Below are positions 51,737 to 64,000 of a stretch of DNA of 64,000 nt, one piece after another. The translations under genes were made by a program, and so were the position numbers. Origin of the DNA: Ministeria vibrans ATCC 50519 (lineage: Eukaryota > Protista > Filasterea). Position 1 is the stretch's first letter, and each line of letters starts with the position of its first letter. The notes beneath the pieces are model-generated. The model made no database searches, had not been told where the DNA came from, and worked only from the letters and a program-made list of their open reading frames with translations. The stretch covers positions 17,554 to 81,553 of the forward strand of contig CALSCP010000364.1 in the NCBI GenBank assembly GCA_943704425.1. The letters are read 5' to 3'.

Positions 51737-52060
51737 NNNNNNNNNNAATTATATATTTATTATATTATATATAAAAAAAAGAAAAAAAAAAAGGAAAGGA
51801 TGAGTGTAAGAGAGAAAGAGAGAGAGACAAACAGACAGACACAAAGACCCGAACAACGGCATCAGAAAAGAGAAAACCCGTTGTGAGGAGGGCTGGTGAC
51901 TCACCTGATCGTCGGCGAAGGACGGCGGCGGCTGGTGGCGCGCAGGGGCGTGGCGAGAGCGCGACCGGTCCCTCGAGTGGGCTGCTGAGCGTGGACCTCC
52001 TCCCGACTAAATCGAAGGTAAGACGGTGCTTTGAAATGTCCTTTCGTTGACGCTTACCAT
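51321..52060 (-). CDS. Possible small multi-exon gene, product unknown
   Basis: ATG followed by a gtaagc donor, an open exon (SGGGPRSAAHSRDRS...FADDQ) ending at a gtgagt donor, and a downstream Arg/Gly-rich ORF. No homology recognised. Confidence 0.3.
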
Positions 52061-52063
52061 GAG

Positions 52064-52098
<35 letters not shown>

Positions 52099-52192
52099 CA
52101 AATAGAATAATTAAGGGATAAAGGATAAGATTTTCAGATCATTGCTGCATTTTGATTTTGATTTATCATTCACTTTTGAGACTTTATTAACA

Positions 52193-52272
52193 ATGGATCG
52201 GGCTGGCCTCGTGAGTGCGGGTGAGCATGGAGAGGAAAGAATGACCGAGTGTAGTACAGATGGAAATGCGGA

Positions 52273-52303
<31 letters not shown>

Positions 52304-53222
52304 GAGTGGGGTGAGTTTGACGACGACTGTGTCTTTGACGATGAGGATGGAGACGGAGCGGCCTCTCGACCAATTAGCGACGTAATGCAGCACGGGCACG
52401 AGGAGGCCGATCAGGAAGGGTTTGCTCGCGGACGGGCCATGACGGGCTCCTCGAGTGCGCTCCCAGACCAATCCGTTTGTTCTCTTTTGACTCTGGTGTG
52501 CGATCAGTTGCCGACGCCTGATCTGTCGACCAGCCATGCTCAGTCGATGTGTTCCCTGCTGATCCCTGGCGGCGAAGCACTGTACAGAGCACAGGCAGTC
52601 GATGAGGCGTGCGAGACATCGGCCGAGCGTCAGTGGTGGAGGACGACTGCGCGCCAATTACACCAATCGGTGGTGGTGGCGGCGGAAGCACAGGCGTCCG
52701 ATGGTAGTGTGCATGTACTTTGGGAAGGTTCAACCATTGAGAAGCATCTACTGGATGTATTGACGAAGCGATGGAAGTGCCAGGCGGTGCCGCCACCCAC
52801 ATCAGCGGCTACTGAGTCGGCGAGGCGAAGAAAGTCACGCTTTGCTGCACCACCACCATCCTGTGCATTTGATTTTGACGCTGCGTCCATTGGTCAGTCT
52901 ATATATATATATATATATATTAGTGATACGATTATTCTTAATACGTATTGTATTATTATTATTTTCTCAGGCTTGATGTCGCTGGAGACGGAGGACCTCG
53001 AGCGAATGCGCGACGACTTGATGACCAAGAGTGGACGCCTGAACGGCGAGCTGGTGAACGAGTTGGACCGACGTGATCGACTTCAACTTGAGAGTGACGT
53101 AAAGAACAAATTGATTGCGTCGCTACTCCGGATGATTCGCAAACAAGGCGGCGACGCGACTGCGGGCAACACTGAGAGCACCGTCGAGAAGAGGGTAAGT
53201 GTACCTGTGTGTATGAGACTGC

Positions 53223-53312
<90 letters not shown>

Positions 53313-54154
53313 TTGTACGCATGTGTGTATTTTTGCGGTGTATTTGCATGTGGTATGCGCATGTGTGAGTCGGGGTGTGGTTTTTTAATTGTGTGCGTGT
53401 TGTCGTTGTAGATAAAAGGTCGGGTGAGTTTTGGGATGCGACGACATAGTGGTAGTGGCGCGAACAGCACCAGTGGTGCCACTGCAAGCGGCGCTCAGCC
53501 TGCGTCGACTGGCAGCGGTTTTATGGGTCTGATGGGTCTGGCAGCATCATTTGTCACGAGTACTTTAGGAGGGGGCGTGAGTAGTGCCGGTGAAGCAGCA
53601 TCAAAGGGAGGGTCGGGGGAAGTGGCTGTGCGACGCAATACGATGGTTAGTTTGACAGGGCGACCTGTTTCCGATGCGAGTATCACCGCGCCTCTTGACG
53701 CAAGTCTGCTGCCGACGATTCCGCTGCCACCCGATATGTCACTTGGCTGTCTTGTAAAGCTCACGCGCGGTATCCTACTGTGACTAGAAATTGCCTCCAA
53801 TAATCGTTTTCTTTCGATATAGTTGTGGATGGGTATTTTCATGAGATGGCACAGACGAAGGAGTATCTCGCTGCGTACATGAGCTACGTAGCGAGTGCGC
53901 AAGCGAAGGCGAGTTTAAGCGAGACGGTGAAGGAGAAGAAGAGGAGTGTGGGGGAAGAGGAGGAGGAGGAGGAGGAGGAGAAAAGTAGCGTGGTAGAGGA
54001 GAAGGAGTGTACTTTGGTGGAGGATGATTGCAGTGCTGTGGTGGAGGGCGAAGGAAGTGCTGTGGTGAAGGAAGATTGTAGTGATGTGGTGGAGGAGGGC
54101 GAATACGAAGGCAGTGCTGTGGTGAAGGACGAAGTGGTGGCGGACAGGGACTAA
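52193..54154 (+). CDS. Coiled-coil adaptor with FEZ1/UNC-76-like C-terminal region and aftiphilin-like N-terminal motifs
   Basis: ELVNELDRRDRLQLESDVKNKLIASLL resembles FEZ ELVQQLARRDELEFEKEVKNSFI as recalled. Acidic EEEWGEFDD and LWEGSTIEKHLLDVL resemble aftiphilin motifs. Confidence 0.55.
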
Positions 54155-54235
54155 AATCGTTGCGTAGCTCAAGAAAAAATGTATGATTAATGAATGATGT
54201 ATGTATAAAACAATTGGATGGATCTGTTGCCGCCG

Positions 54236-56340
54236 CTAGTCGTCGGTCATGGAGAGAAACTGGGCGTACGACTCGCGCACGCACTCCCCTTTCGAGTTGA
54301 AAGAATACTTATAGAATGAACCATCGGCACAGATGACTGGAGAAAAAAAAAACACCAAAACCCACCAATGAGAAAGAGAGAGAGTTGCTTTAATTGTGTG
54401 CGTGTCACAAATACCGAGAATAGCCTTGGAGTTTGGAGTGAAGGCGCAAACAGACCGACTTTCGGGCAGATTGACTTTAGCAAAGCTCCACGACGACGAG
54501 AAGTAGTTTGGGAGGAAGTCGCGCACGCCTGAGAGTGTTGACGATTTGTTTTTGGTGGCGTCCTGCACGGCAAAGATGTGGATAGTGCCCTTGTCGGAAG
54601 ACACACAGATGAGTGTGCTTTCCGGGTTGAAAGAAATACTGGAAAGATAAAAAGGGGCAACGAGAGAGAGGTAAGAAGAGTGATAGAGTGAGGTTAGGGT
54701 TAGGGGAGGAGAAAGAGAAAATAAGTAAACAGAGAGAGGAGGGGGAAAGAAACAAAGTGAGAGAAGAAAAAACAGAAAAACAAGTGAGAGAGAGAGAAAG
54801 AACAGAAAGAAACAGAGAGAGAGAGAAGAAAGAAAGTGAAAGAAAAAACAGAAAAAACAAGTGAGAGAGAGAAAGAACAGAAAGAAACAAAGAGAGAGAG
54901 AGAAGAAAGAAAGTGATAGAGAATGGACAGCACAGCTCAGAATAAAAACAGACGGACCAGTTGATAGTGGCACGGTCGGCACCACGACGGAGCTCGCACA
55001 GCTTCTCTTTGGTAGCCGTGTCAAACACACGCACAAGGGTACCCTTTTAACCGCAACAAAAGAGGAGATGGAAAAAAATGAGAATGATTGCAAACAAAAT
55101 GCAAAATTGAAACCTTCTCAGAGGTGGTGGCAAGACGAGTGCCGTTGAGATTGATACAGAGACAGCTGATAGGACTGTCGTGTGCAGTGACAATGCCCGC
55201 AAGAGCACTGCGCTCGGATGTGCCCAGGTCACACAGCTGCACCTGCCCCTGAACACGGCCAGGGAACGCCAACAGCGCCGATGTCGAAAAGGGACACAGT
55301 GCACATATTCCTTATGAAACAAACACACAAGCACATGAGTGACACCCGAAGTAGGTCATAGGCAATCAAGAAAGAAACGCTTTTGCTACCTCGAGGATTG
55401 TCGGCTGTCTCGTAGGTGAAAAGTCGCTGAGGAGCCTGTGTGAAAGTGTAGACGAAAATCTTGCTCTCGAGAACGACGACGATTCTAACAGACCAGAAGA
55501 GTCATTTGGGTTTAAAGAATATGAGAGAAGATAGAGGTCGATGTGCGAGTATACCTGTCACGACGGAGTTTCACAGCCTTCACGTCGCTGCGGAATTCCA
55601 ACTCAATGACACACGCACCCTTCAGGTCGTCCCAAATCATCACTTTGTTCGGGGGATACTTTGGGTTCTTCCCGCCACCCACGATGGCAAGATAGTTGCA
55701 GCGAAAGAGCATGTCAATGCACCCAATGCCGCCGTCCGGGAAGTCTACGCGGAGGCTGAGTCAGGCGCAGTGCAGATGTGTGTTCGCCACCGACCTACCT
55801 CGTCTCATTTTCTCCTTGAGCGGCTCTGAATTGTAAATGCGAAAGCCCGACTCCATGCCACAAGCAAAACATCCTGAGAAACAAAGGAAGAGAGCGAGAA
55901 GTGACGCAGTTTAGAGTCGAGTCGACACTCGCCGACAAAAACACTCTGTCAACTTCCACGCTGTCGGCTTTTTCGGGGTCACGCACGCACGATAGGCGGA
56001 AAACACAAAACCCCCAGGGGGGAGAGAGAAGCAAAGAGAAAGTGGGGAGTGGTGCACAGACGGGCACACACCTGCGAGAATGGTGCCACTTGCAACGATC
56101 AAGTTGATGGTTTCACATGTACCTGTGAGGCGGGNNNNNNNNNNACACTTTTTTTTTTTTTTTTTTCTCCCTCACACTGAAATTCGCAAGATAGGCGCGA
56201 GAAACAACACCTGACACTAGAGGAGTTGGGTGTACAGTCGACGCTATATGACGAGGGAGATCAATCCCGGTACCTTTGTCCTGGTTGAACGCAACATAGA
56301 GAAGACCATTTTTATGGGGATTCACAGGTCCCAAGTTCAT
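54236..56340 (-). CDS. WDR45B: PROPPIN WIPI3/WDR45B
   Basis: [54 protein letters not shown] and [10 protein letters not shown]. Confidence 0.93.
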
Positions 56341-56777
56341 TATGACGAGACACGAGACGGAAGCAGGGATACGCAAGAGCACCCAACAAAGGCGACGACT
56401 AGTGGAGAGGCAGAGAAGCAAAGACTGAAGAAAACAAACTGTGACAACTGTGTGTTGTAAATAAAGATGATATTGAAGGATGACAAAGTTTCACACACAC
56501 ACAGTTTTGTCACAAACCCCAGAATAACCAGATATCAATCGACACTTCCTTTTTGGATACTTTTCAGTTTTCACCAACCTGTCCATCAAATTTACATATT
56601 CGACCCATCGGTCCTTGAGGGCGCGCAGCAGCAAACTGAAACAAACTACTTCTAAACGATCGGTTTCCCGAACGCAAAGCAGCGAGTAGCCCGCGAGTAC
56701 GTCCTACTACCGGACAGACACACTCCAGGCGTCCACCATTAACCATATTCTGACATCGTTTTAGCGCCTGTGTCGGA

Positions 56778-57679
56778 ATGGACCGCTGCCGTCACCATGC
56801 CAACCACGGTGACGGGTGCGACGCTTGCGACTGCGATCAGCAGCTGCTATTGTGCGCCCCGTGGCTCGTCGAGGACGCGCCCGCTGTGCGTTGGCGTATG
56901 AGCTTTCTCAGAGCGCTCGTTGACCAACTTTCGAAAGACGAGCAGCAATTTGTGTCGTCGCTCCTTCTGAGTGTCGGTCGTCACGACAGTCGCTTAATGC
57001 AGGTGTTCTCGAGCTCCAAAACGACCACCACGTGCATTAAAGGCTCCGCATCTACGCTGAGCGGCGTTCTTTTGCGACGACAACGTGTGTGCCAGGCCGG
57101 TGCACCAGCGTGTGTCGATTTTGAGTCGGTCCACACGCAATGTCTCCAGTGGTTCACTGCTGCCTCTCCCGCCGCGCGTCACAGGTTCATTGTATCCTTG
57201 TTGACGCGGCTCGACCTGGACACTATTGATCTTGTTGAAGCTTTATTACGCGATGCAAAGCACGAGGACGTGTTGACGCGGCTGCCGCGCCACTTGGTCA
57301 AGAGGGTGCTGCGCCTGTTGAGTCGTGAGGATCTCCTCGAGGTGGCATGTGTATCGCGTGCGTGGAACAGCATTGCACGCGAGTGTGTGGATGAGAAACG
57401 AGCAACGCTAACGCGCGCGGGTGGTGCCTGCATGATGGGCTCTACTCGTGAGCGCGACTTACTCGGTGAAGCGCTCGACACGTCGTGTTCGGCGATGCAG
57501 TCGACGGTGCGAGGTCGCCATTCAGTCACTGTCGAAGGTGGGGCCTTCCCCTTTCCCAGCCTTGAACGACGCCATAGCCTTAAAGCACTCACACTCTATG
57601 ACTCTATGCTACCTGAGGGGTAAGAATAAATTAAATTTAATTATTTAAATGAGACATGAGTTCCATAAAAATATTAAAA

Positions 57680-57712
<33 letters not shown>

Positions 57713-59262
57713 TATTATTATAATAATAATATTAATAAATCAATCAAATTCCCAGGTGGTTCATTGAGCGGGACTTGTTCATGCATCGCTTTCGGGTTCG
57801 TTCGTTCAATGCGGTCAACAACAACCTGGCACACACGAGCACCTTCGACTTTACGGCTCGGTCGCCGTTCGCCGGTGAAGAGATACCCGAGAACACTGTC
57901 ACCCCGCTCGGCGTTGAGTTAGGCCGGGTTCTCGCGTACAACGGAGGCGACTTTGTCGTGGCCGGCTCGCATCGCCGTGCCGTCGATGTCTATCGCGTGG
58001 ACACTGGTACACGCGTGAAAACAATGCTGGGCCATGCGGGTTCGGTGCGCTGTCTGTATGTGAATGAGACGCTGGATGTCGTGCTGAGCGGAAGTTTCGA
58101 CGGCAGCGTTCGATTGTGGTCTCTGTGTGATGGCCATCGGCGGCACGCGCGCCTGTTGGCAGGCCACCGTAGCACGGTGTACTCCCTTGCAGCGGCCGGG
58201 ACGGCGATTGTGAGCGGATCGCGCGATGGCACTGTGCGCGTGTGGGATCGCTTGTCGGGTGCACCGCTGTGTGTCTTTGGTACGCACGAGGTGCCCGTGT
58301 GCTCTGCCACTCTAGCGCACACTGACAGCACACCGCGCGTTGTCGCCGGTACCTCTGCGGGCGACATATTTACCTTTGATGTGAGCCAGCGTCGCTGTGT
58401 GTCTCGCATCAAGAAGGCTCACTCGTCGCTCGTGAGCTCACTGCAATGTGCCGGTGGTCTCCTCGTCAGCAGCGGTGTGGACGGTGTGGTCAATGTGTTT
58501 CACGCCGCCCATTCCGACCAACCTCTCATTCGACGCTTCCAACATCCCTGTGCCGTGTCCGTCGCCCGTGTGCAATTCCAACGCTGTGTGACAAGTGGCA
58601 GTGACGGTCGTGTTCGCTTGTGGTCGCTTGCCTCTGGTAAGTGTTTGCGCGTGCTCTGTCTCAGTCGCACCTCAGCGCCCATCAACTCCCTTGCGTTTGT
58701 CGACCGTCGCCGTTTGGTCGTGGCAACTGACACAGCCATCACCGATGTGACCTTCTTCGACGATAATGGACGTGTACTTGACCCCGACTGGCCCATCGTT
58801 GAAGAGCCCGGCTCACAGGCAGAAAAAGGACAACTCAAAGAAAAGTCAGCAGCAGCAGCAAGAGGAGCAACAACAACAAAACATTTCTCTCTTCTCAAAG
58901 CAAATGTGGGTCTCGAGCGTCTTGCACTCATGAAAGGTTCATTATCTTCATCCTCATGGGAATGGTCCACATGGACACCGACGCAGAAGACTCCCGTGCG
59001 CACACGCCCACACTCATCTCAGCATCCTCCTCCACGTCGCGACGACAAGTTGGTCAAACAACGTCTTGAGTGTCTGGCTGTTACAGCACAAGAGGCACGA
59101 GTGCGCTCCTCAAAACACCAACAATGGCGACAGCCTCGCATGTTGGCATCATCATCACTCGCGGCGGATGGACCGACACTGCCCGCCTTGGCGGTGTCGC
59201 CTTCGCAGCCTAGAGCAGTCCGCTCGCTTTCTCACGCCCTCACCAAAACACCCTTTTTGTAA
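56778..59262 (+). CDS. FBXW10: F-box/WD40 protein, FBXW10-like
   Basis: N-terminal CDACDC..W...RFL, F-box DVLTRLPRHLVKRVLRLL..EDL...ACVSRAW, RVLAYNGGDFV and WD40 repeats (GHAGSVRCL, SGSFDGSVRLW). One intron at about 57620-57755. Confidence 0.7.
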
Positions 59263-60622
59263 CCGTCGGAAAATAAATTCAACAACGACATAATTATCTA
59301 CAATATGGGAAGATTTAGTTTTGTGAGGTCAGTTACTAGAACGGCAGACATGAAAAAAAAAAGGTGCTATTCACTCAAAACCGACCGACGCCACAGAACA
59401 CTGCGCGTGTTGCCGCTGTTGAAAACCCATAGTCAGCACGGAGAACCCGCACCGACAGTGAGCCAACCGACACTGGGGAAACAATGAAACGCAGTGGCAA
59501 AACGCTACTGGGACAAAGACCCACTGGCCGTGGACACAAAATTCGCAGGTGTAGCATATGCTCTACCACAATCGTAACGGAACCTGGTGGTGAGAGAGTC
59601 GAGCCACAAGTTCCTGACAAGAAGTGCGGAGAAGGAAGGCCAAAAAAAACACTTTGGAAACACACGACACACGGCATACCTCAATCAAGAGCTTATCCGA
59701 GCTTATCCAACACGAAGAAATAGGTGTTGCAAGTCACAAGCGAACACAGGCTACAGTGCAATAATAAAAATTATTAGTAAAGAAAATGATGGCCGACTCA
59801 ACGGTGATAATAACGAATCTTAGAAGAAAAAAGTCTTGCACCCATGCACCTTGGAAACAATAATAATAATATAATAATAATAATTAATATCATTATTAAT
59901 TTTTATTATTATTACTATTATGGCTCAAAAGAAAGTGAAAGACAAAGAACACACGAGGAAAAAAGACGTCAAAAAACAAGCACACCGCGATCGTCAAGGG
60001 TTGGAACAGAGCCACAATGTCACAGATGAGCAACAGGGCGACATAGAGACATGTAGAAGGCGCGAGAGAGAACTGTGCCGTCCGAACAGCAATCACAAAA
60101 ATAATAAATGACACACGTTCCACCACACAGTCAAAATCCGCACCGTAAATCACAACGACGACAAACCCATAGGAGCAGCATCAAAGATCTTACCCATTGG
60201 CATCAGTGGCGGCGGTGGATCGCGGGCTCAATTTCTGAAATCAAGAGAAACGTTAGCAAAAAAGAAAAAAGAAAAAAAAAAGATAAAAAAGGACAACGAG
60301 GTAAGACGAATCGGAATTCTATTTGTTCACATGATGTTTAATTTGTTCGTGTTCGAAGAGCTGAGTTTGTTTGTCGTCACTTTCGTCTTGCAATCGAGCG
60401 CATTTCTCTTTTTAAACATACCGGAAAGTCATACAAAAAACGACACTACACAAAGGGCATCTCGTCGCATGTGCTTGTATAGAGCGGGTGCGAAAACCCC
60501 ATAAGGAGAACAACTCAGGTCTCAGAAAAAAAATGAAAAAAATGTTAAATATTTTATATTAGAACTTTCGATCATTATTTTGGATTTCTGAAAAACTTTT
60601 TGTCTTCTTCACGTTTCGTTCC

Positions 60623-63499
60623 ATGTCGGAGAATGGCGGCTCGCCGCTTGTGGTTGTGCAAGCATCGCGTGTTCAACGAAATAGCAGCTTTTTTGAGCCT
60701 GACTCGCCCCTTCTGACGCGTGGGGGCGTCAACACGAGTGGAGTGAGTGAACGCGAACCGCGAACGCCCTCCGTCTCGTCTGCGTCCGCCTCGCTCAACG
60801 GCATGGACCACGACACCTCGTCGCTCTCGCTGGACCCTCAGCTCACCCCTTCGATGCAGTTCAGCCGGCATGTGCCTCCCTCGCCGGCGCTGAGCATCGC
60901 GTCGTCGACGAATGTCCCTCGAACTCCGTCGAGTACGCCGAGTGGCGCGAACAGTGCCTTTCCCCTCGACAACGACGAGCCCGCGACGACGGCAGCATCA
61001 ACAACGGCAGTAGCGGTCGCCGTGAACTCCTCGGCAGTGCCTCTGCGCGAGATGCGAGACCCGGACTTTGTGACGACGCCGTCCGCCAACTTGCGCTGTC
61101 CACTGTGCAAGTTTGTGTTTGTGGACGCTGTCATTTCCGCCTGTGGCCACACATTCTGTCGCAATTGCGCTCTCCAGCCGACCGCAGTCTGTCCCAAACA
61201 CGGCGGTGAACCCCTCTACAACCGCCCAACGATTCCTAATCTGGCCGTCGATGAGCAGGTACGTGTGTGCACTGCACGACAATGGTTTGCTCACTTTCTT
61301 TTTGTGCTTGTGTTTTAGGTTGGCGCCCTCGATGTACGTTGTGACAACAGTGAGAATGGATGCACCGCAGTGTTAGCTTTGTGCGATCTGCCAGAGCACA
61401 CGGAAACGTGTGAGTTTAGTTTGTGCGCATGCCCCAACGGACAGTGCAGTCCTATGCTGCGGAGTGAACTTGAAAAGCACTTGCTCACATGTGACAAGGG
61501 GGCGTGCCCGCATGCGACGCGTGGTTGTGGCTTTACTGGCACGCACGCGCAGGTCCTGGCTCACCTGTCGGACTGCCAGTTTGAGGCACTCAAGGCACTT
61601 CTCATTGAGAACGACCGACATGTGACATCCCTCACACAACTGTTGCACTCACGCGACACGGAGATTGCCACAATGCGTTCGCTCATGCATCAGCTGGCAC
61701 ATCGACTGGAGAAGCTTGAGCGGGTGGCGGACGATCGAGTACAACAGATTGAGGGGCGTCTGGACGAGTCGCTGCGCGACGTCAAGCGAGAAATCGAAGA
61801 GATTCACGCTAACATGGGCAGCTACGACGGCCTCTCCATTCTCGACCCCAACCATTTTTTCAAGGTGCGCGCGCTTGAGAAAGAGCAAAGAGCGGTGTGG
61901 AAAACTAATGTGACTTTACTTTGGTAGTGTAAGGGTACGTTTGTGGGTCATCACGGGCCAGTGTGGGCACTCACTGCCTATGGCAATGTACTTTTCAGTG
62001 GCTCGAGCGACACACTTGTACGCAGTCGCGAGCTGACGCCCACCATTACAATCCATACACTTACTGACATCTTATTTTGCTTTTTTGTTTGGGGGGTTTT
62101 TTGTCGTGCGTAGATCAAAGTGTGGGACCTGTCGACATTTCGATGCAAAGCGACGATGGAAGGTACGCGTTCAGTTTGATTTTTCAATACTGATTATTCT
62201 TCGGTTGGGGTGTTAAGGGCACGACGGAATCGTCCATGCGTTGTGCACCGCCAATGGAATGCTTTACTCCGGCTCGTCCGATTGTACTATTCGCTGCTGG
62301 TAAGCGATGTTTTCGTGCATTCATTCGATGCTTTTACATGGATGGCTGTCTGGCATTGTGTACATGGTGTTTATCCTTTTTTTTTTGACTTGGCCGTGTG
62401 CATCTCTGTCTTTTTTATTGTGTCTGGCTGACTGTGTGTTGCCACGCACTGTGTAGGGACGTGGACACATACGCGCTTGTACATACTCTGCATGGCCATG
62501 AGCATCCCGTGTGCACACTTGCCCTCACTGCCGACGGATCCACCCTTTTCAGCGGCTCCCATCGTCTCATCAAGGTTCTTTTATTATGCATATTGCTAGC
62601 CTTTCCTTGATTAACGTGTTTGTATTGCCATGTGTAGGTGTGGCGTCAAGGCGAAAAGGAGAGGCGATTGGACTACGAAAGGTACGGCGCTCGTTCGCGT
62701 CCTCTTCTTTTGCTTGCCATTGTTCTTTCGCACTGACTTTTTTTTTGTGTGTGTGTGTTTTGCCGGTCTGTAGAGATTTGGAAGATCGGGAGGGATTGAA
62801 CCATTGGGTGCGAGCGTTGTTTGCAACAACAGAGAACTTGTATGCAGGTTGCTTCAAGGCCATTCTTGTGTTTGAGTTGAATACGCTTGAGATTATTCGA
62901 CGGGTCACAACTCCCGGTAAGAGATGAGAGAAAGACACAGCGAAAAAAATAATGCTGTAAATTAACGAGAACTGGTTATAATAATAATAATATTAATAAT
63001 AAATTTAATAATAATAATAATTATTATTATTAATTTTTATTATTATTTTTATTATTATGCATGTGAAATCTGACGTAAGAGAGGGTACTCTGGTGTGTAG
63101 GTGGTTCTGTGTACTCGTTGATTGTGTCGCAGGACACGCTCTTTGTTGGGACCTTTGAGAATTCAATCCATCTGGTATTTTTACAAACAAGATTGGTTTC
63201 TGTTTAAATTAATGATAACTAACAGAAGAAGAAGAAGAATAATATTATTATTATTAGAATAATAATAATGATAATTCCGCCATTAATTTTGGTTGCGTAG
63301 TGGGATACTCAGACGTACAAGCACCAGCGGACACTTGAAGGCCACTTGGGCGCTGTCTATGCCGTTGCCTTCATGAACGTGGGTGGCATTCGAAGACTCT
63401 TCTCTGGATCATATGACAACACTGTCAAGGTACGTTTTTTCTGACGCTCACCTAAAGAATCTCTTGCTCTTGATCCTACCAAAAATAATTATTTTGCTG

Positions 63500-63533
<34 letters not shown>

Positions 63534-63782
63534 TATTATTACTATTAATTTATTGCTATTAAAATTATCTGTTCTCTTTCTAGATTTGGTCGCTCGACAC
63601 CTGGCAATGTACCCAAACTCTTATTCGGTAAGGGACGCTTTCGTCTTTGTTAATGCAAAAGTGTTCACCGTCAGCTGCTTTTTTTTTCTAGACACTCTTC
63701 TTCTGTTGATGCTCTTGCCGTGCTTCCTCGAGGTCGCATTGCTTCTGGTGCTGCAGATAACTGTGTAAAAGTGTGGTTCTAA
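60623..63782 (+). CDS. TRAF7: TRAF7-like RING / TRAF zinc finger / coiled coil / WD40 E3 ligase
   Basis: CPLC..VF.D.VI..CGHTFCR.C...CP, NLAVDEQ, Zn fingers, FFKCKGTFVGHHGPVWAL, GLNHWVRAL and FSGSYDNTVK. Confidence 0.9.
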
Positions 63783-64000
63783 TTAAAACAATAATACAAT
63801 AATATTATAAGAAGATAATTGCCATCATGGTGGATGAGGATGTCGCCAGTCGGTGCGTCGACACAGCACTATGACCTGCCACTGTTCTCCAATGTTACCT
63901 CTAGAGTTTCGGTTGAGTTTGCAAGGCGGTCTGGCTGTGTCTTCGCGTGGTGACTGTATCATTAATAAATGGGTTGTATTCTTCTTCTTCTTCTAATTAT

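Noticed and set aside
59340-60470. Possible multi-exon minus-strand membrane protein gene
   Set aside because: Splice-like signals and hydrophobic stretches are present, but no reliable reading frame could be assembled.

Overview
Gene-dense eukaryotic genomic DNA with short GT-AG introns, microsatellite-filled introns, several N gaps and short head-to-head promoters. The gene content mixes animal-like genes (COMMD2, TRAF7, FBXW10-like, CSDE1, NET1-like RhoGEF, FEZ-like) with a class II DAHP synthase, which suggests a unicellular relative of animals (holozoan protist; inference). About 26 protein-coding genes are supported; no rRNA, tRNA, CRISPR or transposase was recognised. Main points of interest: (1) an intronless caspase-family protease fused directly to an NB-ARC/STAND ATPase, an NLR-like single-chain 'apoptosome' candidate truncated by a gap; (2) a ~17 kb block (11.7-28.9 kb) sitting inside one Serinc intron and ending in truncated genes at both ends, most likely a mis-join; (3) a peroxisomal carnitine-acyltransferase-family enzyme that lacks the canonical STS and YES motifs; (4) a bacterial-type family-6 deoxyinosine glycosylase with introns; (5) an aftiphilin-like/FEZ-like protein; (6) a divergent Treslin/Sld3 candidate. 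All gene calls come from recalled motifs, not database searches.
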